DNA of 64,000 bases, from positions 32,001-96,000 of the forward strand of contig CAXXJS010000030.1 of assembly GCA_963662665.2 (NCBI GenBank), given 5' to 3'. Shown in pieces: positions 21,034-32,245 of this stretch. The notes beneath the pieces are model-generated. The model saw only the letters and a list, made by a program, of their open reading frames with translations, did no database searches and had not been told where the DNA came from. Position 1 is the stretch's first letter; every line of letters starts with the position of its first letter. The position numbers were made by a program, and so were the translations under genes. This DNA comes from Candidatus Latescibacterota bacterium. GTDB lineage: Bacteria; Latescibacterota; UBA2968; GCA-2709665.

Positions 21034-22155
21034 CTACGCCTTTTTCATAAGGTCCGCGAACCGGTCGAAGAGATATTCGGCATCGTGAGGGCCGGCGGAA
21101 GCTTCCGGGTGATATTGTACGCAGAAGATGGGCAGGCGCTTGTGTCTCAACCCTTCAAGGGTGTTGTCGTTCAAATTGACGTGGGTGATTTCCACGTCCC
21201 GCTGATCCAGCGAATCCGCGTCGACGGCGAACCCGTGGTTCTGGGAGGTTATTTCCACCCTGCCCGTATCCAGTTCTCTGACAGGCTGGTTGGCGCCCCG
21301 GTGACCGAACTTGAGCTTGTATGTTTTCCCGCCAAGGGCCAGACCCAGAAGCTGATGGCCAAGACAGATGCCGAACGTGGGTTTCAGGTGCATGAGCTGT
21401 CTGATGTTTTCCACCGCGTACGTGACCGGCTCGGGGTCGCCGGGCCCGTTTGACAGGAAGATTCCGTCCGGATCGATTTCGAGCAGTTGATCCGGCGGCG
21501 CGTCCGCAGGGAAAACAGTGACGTCGCAGCCCCGGCTGACGAGGTGCCGCAGGATGTTCCGCTTAACGCCGAAATCATATACGGCCACACGGAAGAGGGG
21601 TTCTTCGCGCAGCGTTTCCGCCCGCCCGTTTTCATAGTTGAACAGTCCCTCGGTCCAGCGGAAGGGTTCGCTGCAACTGGCAGCGCGGGCAAGGTCCCGT
21701 CCCTCCATACCCGGCATCTTCCGGGCCTTTTCTACGAGACGCTCCCGGTCCCGGTCGACCGTGGACAGGACGCTCTTCATGGCGCCTTCCGTGCGGATAC
21801 GCCGCGTGAGCGCCCGGGTGTCTATCCCCTGTATGCCCAGGACGTCGTGGCGTTTCAGGTAGTTGCCGAGGGATTCGCTGGAGCGCCAGTTGCTGGGCAG
21901 TTCGCAGTATTCCCGGACGACGAATCCTTCAACCTGGGGCCGCGCGGACTCGACGTCGTTCGCATTAACGCCGTAGTTACCAATGAGGGGGTAGGTCATC
22001 GTGACAATCTGACCAGTGTAAGAGGGATCGGTGAGGATTTCCTGATAGCCGGTGATGCTGGTGTTGAAGACGACCTCGCCCACGCATTCACCGGGCGCGC
22101 CGAAGGACTCTCCTTCGTAACAGGTGCCGTCTTCCAGGGCAAGTATTGCTTTCAT
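21034..22155 (-). CDS. carA: Carbamoyl-phosphate synthase small subunit
   Basis: '[14 protein letters not shown]', 'LSNGPGDP', 'GICLGHQ', 'QYHPEAS'. Confidence 0.97.
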   Translation of the reverse strand: MKAILALEDGTCYEGESFGAPGECVGEVVFNTSITGYQEILTDPSYTGQIVTMTYPLIGNYGVNANDVESARPQVEGFVVREYCELPSNWRSSESLGNYLKRHDVLGIQGIDTRALTRRIRTEGAMKSVLSTVDRDRERLVEKARKMPGMEGRDLARAASCSEPFRWTEGLFNYENGRAETLREEPLFRVAVYDFGVKRNILRHLVSRGCDVTVFPADAPPDQLLEIDPDGIFLSNGPGDPEPVTYAVENIRQLMHLKPTFGICLGHQLLGLALGGKTYKLKFGHRGANQPVRELDTGRVEITSQNHGFAVDADSLDQRDVEITHVNLNDNTLEGLRHKRLPIFCVQYHPEASAGPHDAEYLFDRFADLMKKA

Positions 22156-22224
22156 GGTCGGGGGTCGCTCCTCAGGGGTGCTGCATTCAGGTCTGTTTGA
22201 TGGTCTCCGGTTCGGTGTCACGCA

Positions 22225-23544
22225 TCAGACGGCACAGGCCGCACAATCTGTGTGTTCGCCCGCGTTGTGGGTCACGCGTCCGCCGAGGATCGTGAGAATG
22301 GCCCTGCCGGTTAACGTGTGCCCGTGAAAGGGCGTGTTCCGGGATCTGGAACGGAACGTGTTTGCATCGACGGTCCAGGTCCGCGTTGGATCGATGACAG
22401 TGACGTCTCCCGGGGCGCCGGGAGACAGGGTGCCGCCGGCTATGCCCAGGATTCGGGCGGGCGCCGCGGTGAGTTTGCGGATAACTTCGGATGCGGAAAG
22501 GATGCCGGGTTCAACAAGATGGGTAAAAAAGGTCCCCACGGCGGTTTCAAGCCCCAGGATTCCGTTGGGAGCGTCGGGGAAGCACTGGAGTTTTTCCGTA
22601 ACCGTGTGCGGCGCATGGTCTGTGGCAAGTGCATCGATAGTGCCGTCGGTGAGTCCCTCGAGCAGGGCATCGCGATCGTCGGCCGAACGCAGTGGAGGGC
22701 TCATCTTGCCCTGAGTTCCGTAAACGCGCACGTCTTCGTCCGTGAGCGCGACGTGGTGCGGCATGGCTTCGCATGTAACGTCCAGACCCTCCGACTTGGC
22801 GCGGCGAACGAGATCCACGGCGCGCCGAACGCTGATATGGAGAATGTGCAGGCGCCCGCCGACCGAGCGCAACAGGTTGATGTCCCGCTCGACCATCGCC
22901 GCCTCGCCTTCAGCCGGCATGCCGTCAATTCCCAGTTCGCGCGACACGGCGCCTTCGTGCATGTGCCCGCCCTTTGTGAGCGCCAATACCTCGGAGTGGG
23001 GGCAAACCGGAAATCCGTGCCGTTCCGACAGTCGCAGGAGATCGCGCATCACGGCGTCGGATTCTATAGGCAGACCGTCGTCGGAGAAGCCGACGGCGCC
23101 GGCATCCAGAAGAACATCGACGTCGGTGAGTTCTCCTCCCTTCATCCCTTTTGTCCCGCAGGCGATCGGATAGACCCTGGCATCCGCCTTTTTGGCTTTA
23201 TTCAGAATGTACTCGACGGTTTCCGGGGAATCGATTGGCGGGTCGGTGTTGGGCAGGCAGGCGACCGATGTAAATCCTCCCGCCGCCGCCGCCCTACACC
23301 CGGTTTCCACTGTTTCTTTCTCGGGAAACCCCGGGTCCCGCAGGTGGACGTGCATGTCGATCAGCCCGGGCGCGACCAGGTTTCCGGCAACGTCGATGAC
23401 ATGGGCGCCGGCCGGGGGTTCGATTCCTGCGCCAATACGGTCGATGCGGCCGTTGCGAATCAAGAGGTCAGCGTACGCGTCCCCTGCGTTGGCGGGATCG
23501 ATGACCCGTCCGTTTTTGAGGAGAATTGGGGTGGCCGTGCTCAT
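22225..23544 (-). CDS. pyrC: Dihydroorotase (multifunctional-complex type)
   Basis: 'DMHVHLRDPG', 'FSDDG', 'ATDHAPH', 'SRSRNTPF'; adjacent to carA. Confidence 0.95.
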   Translation of the reverse strand: MSTATPILLKNGRVIDPANAGDAYADLLIRNGRIDRIGAGIEPPAGAHVIDVAGNLVAPGLIDMHVHLRDPGFPEKETVETGCRAAAAGGFTSVACLPNTDPPIDSPETVEYILNKAKKADARVYPIACGTKGMKGGELTDVDVLLDAGAVGFSDDGLPIESDAVMRDLLRLSERHGFPVCPHSEVLALTKGGHMHEGAVSRELGIDGMPAEGEAAMVERDINLLRSVGGRLHILHISVRRAVDLVRRAKSEGLDVTCEAMPHHVALTDEDVRVYGTQGKMSPPLRSADDRDALLEGLTDGTIDALATDHAPHTVTEKLQCFPDAPNGILGLETAVGTFFTHLVEPGILSASEVIRKLTAAPARILGIAGGTLSPGAPGDVTVIDPTRTWTVDANTFRSRSRNTPFHGHTLTGRAILTILGGRVTHNAGEHTDCAACAV

Positions 23545-23719
23545 TGGGAGGCGGTGTGACGGCGGTGAGGGATTTTGAATGCAAAGTTACCGGTGGGCGC
23601 CATATCTGTCAAGCGGATTCCATTGAACAGAGGTGAATCGGCTTCGCGCGGCTTGCTGTTTCACGGGACCGTGCGTATCTTCCTTGAGAATCGACGTCGA
23701 AAACGAATGGAGGCATACG

Positions 23720-24850
23720 ATGGTTTCGATATTTCTGATAGCGCCTGTTTTTCTGGCTTTGTTGATGGGTCCCGCGGGGGCCGCCGCCTCGGAAGGGGAC
23801 GATTCGAAGTTGTCCCATATTGCATTGCCAGGGCCTGAAGATCTGGAGATTGCCGCGGACGAAGACGAGGCGTTTTTGGAGGATGTGCTGCGCGGCATCT
23901 TTCCGGAAGGAACCGGGGGGTTGACGGACGAGCAGAAGGGAATCGCGATACTTCGGTACGCATCGTCGGCGCTCGAACTGAAAAACAACGGAGGGTCAGC
24001 CACGAAGATTATCAGGGAGGGTTATGCGATCTGTGGCGGGCTCTCGCACGTGCATCGGGTGCTTTGCCGGATGGTGGGACTGCCCGCCCGGTATATCGGC
24101 GCGTTCAATCTCCGTCCAATCATGGGCAGCCACGCGATCAGCGAGGTGTATTACGGCGGGAAATGGCGTCTGCTGGACCCCACTTTCGGCCTGTTCTTCT
24201 ATTCGAAAGAGCAATATGACGGCACGGGAGAAATCGCGTCGTTTTACGATCTTGTGATGGCGCCGGACCAATGGACGCCGTTCAAGGTGGTGGAACGGCC
24301 CTGGGTTGGCCGGTACGACGATGAGGTGCGGGCGTTCGGGGTTGCGGCGGCGGAAGCGGATTATCTGAAGGATGTGTACCGGACGTCGATCCTGGAACTC
24401 TACGGGAAGTACGCGGCCGAGACATTTCCGATTGCCTACGGACACCGCGACCCGGTTTCCTATCCGGTCGACGCGGACCTGAGGGAACGGGAAGAGATGC
24501 GGGTTGGCGAGGCGGACGGAAACGCCCGGGACGTGCTGAGGCTGGTGTCGAACGGGTCCGATTACGTGGGCGGCCACTATCTGGGCGGGTCGTATCCGCC
24601 CGGATTTCATACCTGGTCGATCAGGACGCCGGGGCCGTGTCGTGTGCGGATCGAGTATTTCAGTACGCACGACGACCCGCCCGGTCTCAAGCCGACGCCA
24701 TTGAAGGCCGCGCGAATCGTCTCCGTTCAAACGGAGGGGAGAAGGGTCGCTATGGACCTCCAGGTGATCGGGCCGGAGGCGATTGTGTCGATCTATTGCC
24801 CCGAAGGAACGTTTGCCGTGGATGCCATTCGGGCTGTGCGTGTGCGTTGA
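23720..24850 (+). CDS. Secreted transglutaminase-like domain protein
   Basis: Signal peptide; Cys-His-Asp triad 'ICGG...HAISEVY..GKWRLLDPT'; GGAGG RBS. Confidence 0.75.
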   Translation: MVSIFLIAPVFLALLMGPAGAAASEGDDSKLSHIALPGPEDLEIAADEDEAFLEDVLRGIFPEGTGGLTDEQKGIAILRYASSALELKNNGGSATKIIREGYAICGGLSHVHRVLCRMVGLPARYIGAFNLRPIMGSHAISEVYYGGKWRLLDPTFGLFFYSKEQYDGTGEIASFYDLVMAPDQWTPFKVVERPWVGRYDDEVRAFGVAAAEADYLKDVYRTSILELYGKYAAETFPIAYGHRDPVSYPVDADLREREEMRVGEADGNARDVLRLVSNGSDYVGGHYLGGSYPPGFHTWSIRTPGPCRVRIEYFSTHDDPPGLKPTPLKAARIVSVQTEGRRVAMDLQVIGPEAIVSIYCPEGTFAVDAIRAVRVR

Positions 24851-24916
24851 ACAGGCGCACCCTCGAACCCGCGCCAGGATATTATTAATGAAATCTTTTC
24901 GTCAAGGAGTCAAATA

Positions 24917-27424
24917 ATGGCCCGTATTCTGCGTGACGAACGTCCCCGGCTGTATCGTCCGGTCGACGATCTGAGGTATACGTTCAGTCCGCCGGAGGAT
25001 TTGGCGCGAGGACGTATTCTGGAAAACATCCTCGCGGACTGCGAGGAATACTATCCTCAGCGTCCGTGGAAACGGATCCCCGAACGGTCGGACAGCCCGC
25101 ACCCTTACCATCAGTTGTACCTCACGTTCTATACAGGGATGCACGCAACGGCGCTCATGGAGAACTTTGCGTTTGCGTGGAAGCTGACCGGAGACCCGCG
25201 CTGGCTGAAACGAGCGAGAGACTGGATGCGGGCGGCGGCGGATTGGGAACACAGTGATCGTGTGGAGGAGCATTTCTATACTGCAAATCGCTATATGCAG
25301 GCGTTTGCGCTCTCGCTGGACCTGCTGGACGACGTGTTGCCGGAAGGTGAGAAGGAACGGGCAACCGCGTGCCTCGTCCGGTTGATGGAGCGCTGGTGGC
25401 CCGACGTGGAACGGTCCAGGCATTCGTCCGACGGACGGCACCACGCCGTCGTCGACAATGGACACTTCGGCGTGGCGGCACTGCATCTGCTGGGAACACA
25501 TCCCGATGCGGAAGCGTGGGTGGCTGCTGTCATCGACAGGTTTCGCAACGGGGTGATGCCCCATGGCTGCGGGCGGGACGGCGAGCCCGGCGACGGCGCC
25601 AGTTTCTGGCCGTGGGAGAATCTGTGGATGCTTCACTTCGCCGACGCGCTGAGAAATGTGACCGGTGAGGATCTCTACAAGGCGTTCCCGAAGCGCCTGG
25701 AACGGCCCCTGAAGTGGTTCCGTTACCACCTGGCGCCGCCGGAGATGATCGAAGACATGGTCTATTATCCGCAGAATTCAAACGTGATTACAGGCAGTCA
25801 GCTCAATGCATGTTCGGTGACCCTGCTTCGCCTGGCGCAGGAGGCGGGAGACGGGGAGATGCGGGACGTAGCGCTTGCCGATCCGAGACTGGGGCGGCTT
25901 TACAGATTCGGGATGGGCGTGAAGGGCACCACGGCCGAGTGCATCGTCTCGTACGGTCCCTACGCGTATTGCTATTGCGATCCGGCGTTCCGGCCTTTGC
26001 GCCGCAGGAAGGCATTGCCGCTGTCCAGGACGTTCATGCGGGCGCACTACGGCGAGGCGGGGCTCCTGCGCAGTGGATGGAACAGGGACGCGGTTGTCTG
26101 CAGCGTGACCGGATACAAGGGCGGGGGCGCCCACGGGTATTTGAACCTGCACGTGCAGTGGTCCGGATATCCGGTCCTGCAGTCGATCTCCGCGGAAGAA
26201 GCGCAGCCGGTGGCGTGCGGGAGTCTTCCCTTCGTGGGCGGACAGAACGAGATCGTTGCGTTTCTGAAGCGGCTGGATACGGATGAGCGGCTCGACCGGC
26301 TGCGCGTCCGGTCCGTTCGAACGGACCAGGAATACTGGCTATTGAAGGGGGCGTCTCCGATCATGGTGACGGCATTGAGACGCCGGCGTCGTGGGGTGAA
26401 GTTTATGAAAGGGCGGGGCGGGGGATTTGCACGATTGAATGGACGGGACTGTCTGCAGTACGAACGCGAGCCGTACTTCAATCCCAGGGCCGGTGAATTG
26501 AAGTTGCGTTTCCGGCTGAACGGTGAGACCAGGGAAGACGGCCCGGGGGTTCTTTTCAATACGGGAATCGGCGTGGGGCGCGTGATGGGAAACCGCGTGA
26601 ACAATTATTCGCTGGCTATAATGGAAGGCAACGCGCTCACGTTTGTCGTGCAGAGCCAGCGGAACACGTCTGTAGAGGTGACGTCGCCCGTGAAAATCGA
26701 ACCCGGCAGGTGGTACGACGCGGCCATACGATGGGGCGGGTTCAACCGCCGGGGCGACAGGCCGTTCATCGAGATCGAAGTTGACGGTCGCCAGGACCGG
26801 TTCGACGATCCCGCGGTTTTCGGAGAACTGGGGGTGGATTCGCAGAATCTCGAGTCGCGCGCCGAGCCCAGGACGTTCTTCATCAAGTCGAATACGGTAC
26901 TGGCCTTCGGCGGCGCGGTCCAGATGCCGGGGACGGGGTTGAAATGCGATCTCGAAATGCTGGACCTGAAGTGCCCCGGGCGCCGGCGACTGATGGTGGA
27001 TTTCGAGACGGACCTGGGGCCCGAAACAGGAAGCGCTGCGCTTGGATGGAAGCTGAACCCGGTGGACCTGCGCGACGTGCGGTCGGACCGCGCGCAATTC
27101 GGGGCGGGGGACCGGACCGTCGACGTGCTGCCGCTTTATGGCGACGATGCCGCGTTTGAGCAGGAGGAAGTCCCCTTCGCGCCCGCCGGACTGGCGGCAG
27201 GGAGCCTGAAGAGCTTCGTCCCGGGCGGCCGGGACGCCAGCACACGCGTGCGACTGTCGACATCAGGAGATATCCTGGTGTTTGCTTTCGTAGACCGCCG
27301 GGCGGAGGCGCAAGTCGTGCCTGGCGAGGACGGGTTTGAGATTGCCGCCGGAAAAGAGCGGTACGCGTTCGACGTGAACAGGAAGGGCGAGGAGATCCTG
27401 TCTATGCGTCGTACACCCGGTTAG
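24917..27424 (+). CDS. Heparinase II/III-like (alpha/alpha-toroid plus LamG-like) protein
   Basis: 'FAWKLTGDPRWLKRA', 'DGASFWPW', 'LLRSGW', LamG-like 'PGRWYDAAIRW'. Confidence 0.6.
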   Translation: MARILRDERPRLYRPVDDLRYTFSPPEDLARGRILENILADCEEYYPQRPWKRIPERSDSPHPYHQLYLTFYTGMHATALMENFAFAWKLTGDPRWLKRARDWMRAAADWEHSDRVEEHFYTANRYMQAFALSLDLLDDVLPEGEKERATACLVRLMERWWPDVERSRHSSDGRHHAVVDNGHFGVAALHLLGTHPDAEAWVAAVIDRFRNGVMPHGCGRDGEPGDGASFWPWENLWMLHFADALRNVTGEDLYKAFPKRLERPLKWFRYHLAPPEMIEDMVYYPQNSNVITGSQLNACSVTLLRLAQEAGDGEMRDVALADPRLGRLYRFGMGVKGTTAECIVSYGPYAYCYCDPAFRPLRRRKALPLSRTFMRAHYGEAGLLRSGWNRDAVVCSVTGYKGGGAHGYLNLHVQWSGYPVLQSISAEEAQPVACGSLPFVGGQNEIVAFLKRLDTDERLDRLRVRSVRTDQEYWLLKGASPIMVTALRRRRRGVKFMKGRGGGFARLNGRDCLQYEREPYFNPRAGELKLRFRLNGETREDGPGVLFNTGIGVGRVMGNRVNNYSLAIMEGNALTFVVQSQRNTSVEVTSPVKIEPGRWYDAAIRWGGFNRRGDRPFIEIEVDGRQDRFDDPAVFGELGVDSQNLESRAEPRTFFIKSNTVLAFGGAVQMPGTGLKCDLEMLDLKCPGRRRLMVDFETDLGPETGSAALGWKLNPVDLRDVRSDRAQFGAGDRTVDVLPLYGDDAAFEQEEVPFAPAGLAAGSLKSFVPGGRDASTRVRLSTSGDILVFAFVDRRAEAQVVPGEDGFEIAAGKERYAFDVNRKGEEILSMRRTPG

Positions 27425-28007
27425 AGTGATGTTGTTCTGAGGTGTAAATTTACCGTCATACCCTAATGTTCCGTTCAATAGAAAGACAGCTATCCATACG
27501 AGTGAAAAATATCAGGGCGGAGCGGATAATATGGCCAAGACATTGACGAGGGATTTTGCAAATAACGGAAGCGAGCATTCTTTGGCTGTGCAGATACTGG
27601 GAGGGATACCGAGGTCGATGATGCCGGAACTAGATGTACCGGTCCGCGCGAAGCCTTGTCGGTTGACGGCACAACAATGGCGGCGCCTCCGCGGCGTTTA
27701 ATCTGTCTTTCTCGAGTGTTTCGATACGAAACATTGCCCCTTCTGCAGCAGATCCGAGGTAATCTCAATTCGGTTTACTGGCCGGCTGTGATGTTGTGTC
27801 GCCTATTATGGATCGGAAGACCTTTGCCGATTGGGATATGAAGTTTGCCTCGGGGTGCCGTTCCTGATGCGCAAGACCTCACTCTGAGTGGTAAAAGTTC
27901 GAATTTAAGCGTTGTTGTTGAACGACGGAGAATGTAGTTTTGCCAAATGGCAGACGTTCGATGTGCTCCGAGACCGGAAAACCAACGTCGTAGGGGGATC
28001 GATATTT

Positions 28008-31000
28008 ATGAGACAAGTACGTCACCTTTCTGTCCGCGTGCCATGGCATGACCGTACATGGGATGGCCGCGTCTGCGATTCACCGGTAGAAAACAGCTCC
28101 TGTTTAGCCCTGAAGTTCATCGCCGAAAACCGCAAGGATGATGTTGAGCAAGGATTCGCGGGCGAATCGTTCGACAAATTGCAGCCAAAGCACCAACCTC
28201 CATGTGTAAGAGTTAGTGCTAGCTTTCTAAGTCGTCACGAGCAAGCGTTTGAAAGCGTGATGGACTATTCGACCTCGAGCAAGGAACACGCACACATTCT
28301 CCCTCGTACTATTCATGTGCCTGCGTGGGGCGCGTTGGTGATACCCTACCGCTGGATGTTGAAAGAAAGTGGATTCAAGATTGCGGAAGAACTTGAGTTG
28401 GATGCCCGTCGCGACAGGGAGCCTAAATACCCGGCGTGGCTAAAGCACACGAGTTGGATTCAAGACTTTTCGAATCAGCAGGCGCTCCTAGCCGCCTTCG
28501 CTGGTCCGCTTGCAGAGGAAGAAAGTCTGATCCTGTTTTACTCGACGCGGACCCCGCTTTCCGAAAACGGACGCCGCGTTCTCTTGGGGGCGGCTCTTCT
28601 TCGAAAGAAGCACGAGCTCAGCGAGTACCCGTATGATAATACGAAAGACGGGCGGCTGCGTGCCACGGTCTGGGAGCGAGCCGTTCAACATAGTCTTCGT
28701 CCGAAGGGTAGTGTGGAAGGTTTCGACGGCGGGTTTGTAATGCCCTACCATGCGTTGATTAGGGAATTGGAGAGACGGCCAGAACTTAAACCGGACGACT
28801 ATGTAGCCTTCGCGCCGGATGATGCGCGAATTCAGTTCTCCTATGGGAGCGAACACGTCACTCACGGTGTCGCCGCTGCGACGCTCCTGGCTGCGCGTGA
28901 TGCGCTTAAGCGTACGGCGAATGTCCTTGAGGGACCGTGGGAGCGTTACATTGGTTGGATTGATGAACGGTTAGGTCGACTTTGGAAACTTCAGGGCCCT
29001 GCTCCCGGTCTGGGTATTGTTCTATCTGCACTTCATCCGGGTTTCAACGGCACGCTGTTCGCAATGGCTTTAAACGAAGAACTAGAAGAGAACGCCGATC
29101 CCTGGCCCGTGGTCGACAGCATACTCTCGGGTGGCCGGCAGCCGCCCAAACGTTCACCGGTCGTTACAAGTATGCTCCGCAGACGCTGGAAGCAGCAAGT
29201 AATGAAGAAACCGCTTCAGTTCGACTTCCTTAAACTTTTGGCACGTATGGAGTTGACCAAGGATCAGGCGGTGCGGTCGTTGGCGTACGATTCGAATGAG
29301 GTCTTGGCCAATCCGTATCGATTGTTCGAAAGTGACCGTATGCAGGTCGAGTCGATCTCATTCGGCGTGGTAGATCGTGGTTTGTATCCGGGAAACGAAG
29401 TGGCAACTGCCCATCCCCTCCCCAAAGCCTGTAATCCAGATCTTCTAGAGTATGACAATGCGCACCGACTAAGGGCAGCGACCGTGGAAATACTCGAACG
29501 CAGTGCAGAGGATGGGCACACCTTGCTTCCTATTGAAATTGTGACTAAGGCGAGTCGTGATCTTTCCGCTGTACACGAGCTACCACTCGACATGGATATG
29601 GTAGACATATGTCGCGACGACTTCGAACCGGTGATTTCAGTGATCGGCGATGAGAAGGAAATGTTGGTTCAGCTTGACCGCTACGTGGATAGCGGGAAGC
29701 TTATTCGGTCAGCCGTCGACGATCGAATTTCGAATGTACCCGAGTCGCCCAAGATTGATTGGCGTATGCTGGTTGACAGAAAATTCGGTCTGATTGGCGA
29801 AGGCGACGCCGACGAGAGTCGTGCCCGCACCGAAAAAGCAATCGCGCTGGAACGACTGGCTACGAGCCAGATGGCGGTACTCATCGGCCCCGCAGGGACG
29901 GGAAAAACAACTGTATTACAGCTGTTGCTGGATGAACGGGAAGTCGTAGGAGACCGCGTGCGCCTTCTGGCTCCCACAGGAAAGGCACGCGTGCGTCTAG
30001 ACCAAGAAACCGAACGCGAAGGAGAAACTCAGACCGTTGCCCAGTTTCTACTCGGATTGAATCGATACGACTCGAAGACCGGGCGGTATTGTGCAAACTC
30101 ATCTGAAGCAAAAACTGAGGCAACTACTTGCGTGGTGGACGAATCGTCAATGTTAACGGAGGACATGCTCGCAGCCATCGTAGATTCATTGCCGGGGAGT
30201 TGCCGGCTGATCCTTGTGGGCGACCCATATCAACTACCCCCAATCGGTGCGGGCTGCCCGTTTGTTGATATCATTGAATATTTGCAGCGCGTAAAGAACG
30301 GAACTGGTGTGGCTGAACTGAAAACGCCCCGCCGCCAAGAAAGCGAGGATGACACTGCAGCACTTTGTAGGTCTGATGTTCAACTCGCGGCGATCTTCTC
30401 TGGTCGGAAGTTGCCGCCAGGCGAAGACGAGATTGCCGTGAATGCAGTCAATGGCTCCGATGACGATACGGTAAAGTACCGTCAGTGGGAGAATCCAACA
30501 GAACTTCCGGACCTTATCGATAGTGTCCTCGCCGAAGATCTCGAGGTAGAAGATGAAGATCTAGTGTCTGCGTTTGAGGCGTCCTTAGGGGCAGAATATC
30601 GCAACAAACAGTACTTGGACTTCCGCCGGGGCAGCGCCAGTGGGGTGGAAAGCTGGCAGATCCTGAGTGTCAACCGCAATGGTCTGGGAGGGTCCATTTT
30701 TCTGAACCGGGGGATCAAAGAGCGACTGCGGAGCGAACGTCTATCCCAGGCAGTGGACTCGAACAACGTCCCTCACTATCGAGACTGGATGCGCTTCACC
30801 AAACCCCGTGGTCCTGAGCAAATCGTCTATGGCGACAAGGTGATCTGCGTGCGCAATCACAATCGAAATCCGTGGGTTTACAATGAGAATGCAAACGGGG
30901 AACGTGAGTTCCTCGCAAACGGTGAGATTGGGATAATTATTGGCCAGAAGAAATGGGGAAGGAGCAATCCGAAATTCACCCATGTGGAATTCGCGGATCG

Positions 31001-31763
31001 AAGCAACCGCAACTTTTCATTCACCCCATCAGACTTTTCCGAGGATGGTGAGCCCTACCTAGAACTAGCTTATGCTCTTACGGTGCATAAGGCCCAGGGC
31101 AGCGAGTTCGGTAGCGTCATTCTGGTGCTGCCGTCCCATAGTCGAATGGTTTCTCGTGAGATGATTTATACTGCTTTGACGCGCCAGAAGCGGCGCATTT
31201 GGATTCTCCACCAAGGACCGTTCGACAGGTTTCTGGCACTCCGTCATTACGTGTTCTCGAACATCGCGTCGCGCTTCACGAACCTGCTCCGGACGCCGGC
31301 ATACGAGGCGGTTCGGTTGCCGGCAGATTTACCCGTTGGCCTTAGTGGATCGAAGCGTGATTTTCTTGAAGAAAGGCTTATTCACCGGACTATTCGAGGC
31401 GAGATGGTAAGTTCGAAGAACGAGTTGGTTATCGCGAATATTCTTTATGACTTCGAGAGGGAAGGGCAACTCACTTACGAAGTTGAACCGCCGCTGAACT
31501 TCGATGGCGCCGGTGGACGGCATTCGGATTTCCGAATTTATGCAAAGGGACAGAATTGGTTCTGGGAACACTGTGGGATGCTGGACAACGTACATTATCG
31601 CAATCGCTGGAACAGTAAAAAGAAACTCTATGCGGAAAATGGCTTCACTGTGTTTTCGAGCGAGAATACGGGTGGTCGATTGATCGTAACGAAGGACGGC
31701 CCGGAACAGGGTTTGGATACAAAAGCGATTGAAGAACTCGCACGAGCGCTTTTTGTGAGTTGA
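28008..31763 (+). CDS. RecD-like SF1 helicase with C-terminal endonuclease-like domain
   Basis: Walker A 'GPAGTGKT', 'VVDESSM', 'LVGDPYQLPPIG', 'YALTVHKAQGSEF', 'YTALTR'; C-terminal 'SKNE...SDF...WEHCG' nuclease-like pattern. Confidence 0.85.
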   Translation: MRQVRHLSVRVPWHDRTWDGRVCDSPVENSSCLALKFIAENRKDDVEQGFAGESFDKLQPKHQPPCVRVSASFLSRHEQAFESVMDYSTSSKEHAHILPRTIHVPAWGALVIPYRWMLKESGFKIAEELELDARRDREPKYPAWLKHTSWIQDFSNQQALLAAFAGPLAEEESLILFYSTRTPLSENGRRVLLGAALLRKKHELSEYPYDNTKDGRLRATVWERAVQHSLRPKGSVEGFDGGFVMPYHALIRELERRPELKPDDYVAFAPDDARIQFSYGSEHVTHGVAAATLLAARDALKRTANVLEGPWERYIGWIDERLGRLWKLQGPAPGLGIVLSALHPGFNGTLFAMALNEELEENADPWPVVDSILSGGRQPPKRSPVVTSMLRRRWKQQVMKKPLQFDFLKLLARMELTKDQAVRSLAYDSNEVLANPYRLFESDRMQVESISFGVVDRGLYPGNEVATAHPLPKACNPDLLEYDNAHRLRAATVEILERSAEDGHTLLPIEIVTKASRDLSAVHELPLDMDMVDICRDDFEPVISVIGDEKEMLVQLDRYVDSGKLIRSAVDDRISNVPESPKIDWRMLVDRKFGLIGEGDADESRARTEKAIALERLATSQMAVLIGPAGTGKTTVLQLLLDEREVVGDRVRLLAPTGKARVRLDQETEREGETQTVAQFLLGLNRYDSKTGRYCANSSEAKTEATTCVVDESSMLTEDMLAAIVDSLPGSCRLILVGDPYQLPPIGAGCPFVDIIEYLQRVKNGTGVAELKTPRRQESEDDTAALCRSDVQLAAIFSGRKLPPGEDEIAVNAVNGSDDDTVKYRQWENPTELPDLIDSVLAEDLEVEDEDLVSAFEASLGAEYRNKQYLDFRRGSASGVESWQILSVNRNGLGGSIFLNRGIKERLRSERLSQAVDSNNVPHYRDWMRFTKPRGPEQIVYGDKVICVRNHNRNPWVYNENANGEREFLANGEIGIIIGQKKWGRSNPKFTHVEFADRSNRNFSFTPSDFSEDGEPYLELAYALTVHKAQGSEFGSVILVLPSHSRMVSREMIYTALTRQKRRIWILHQGPFDRFLALRHYVFSNIASRFTNLLRTPAYEAVRLPADLPVGLSGSKRDFLEERLIHRTIRGEMVSSKNELVIANILYDFEREGQLTYEVEPPLNFDGAGGRHSDFRIYAKGQNWFWEHCGMLDNVHYRNRWNSKKKLYAENGFTVFSSENTGGRLIVTKDGPEQGLDTKAIEELARALFVS

Positions 31764-31813
31764 TTGGAGACGGACCTCAGCCCTAATTTGCCAAGTAATG
31801 TACCGCCCCGTTC

Positions 31814-32188
31814 GGATGGAAGTTGAACCCGGAGGACCTATGCGACGTGCGGCCGATCCTGGTTAAATTCGGGGTGGGGGAGCGGACGATCGACATGGTG
31901 CCGCTTTGCGGCGAGGATGCCGCGTTTGAGCAGGAGGAAGTCCCATTCGCCGCCGCCGGACTGGCGGCTGGAAGCCTGAAGAGCTTTGTCCCGGGCGGAC
32001 GGGACCCGAGCACACGCGTACGGTTGTCCACAACCGGAGACGCCATCGTTTTTGCGTTTTCGGATCAAAACCTGAACGATCAGGTGACGGCTGATGAAAA
32101 TGGATTCGAGATTCACGCAGGAAATGACCGACACGCGTTCGACGTGAACGGGGAGGTGGAGGAAATTTTGTCTGTGCGTCAAATATGA
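31814..32188 (+). pseudogene. Orphan diverged copy of the 3' end of the heparinase-like gene (27044-27418)
   Basis: Colinear; about 85/124 aa identical by manual alignment; no 5' part. Confidence 0.88.
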
Positions 32189-32245
32189 CGCTCTTTAAAT
32201 CTTTCAGGGCTATCGAATTTCAACCACCCATAGAGGTCATGCGAC

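Noticed and set aside
27425-28007. Intergenic stretch with short ORFs and a weak IS630-end-like 'CTAATGTTCCGTTC'
   Set aside because: No recognisable protein motif or RNA structure, and the similarity to the IS end is too short to support.
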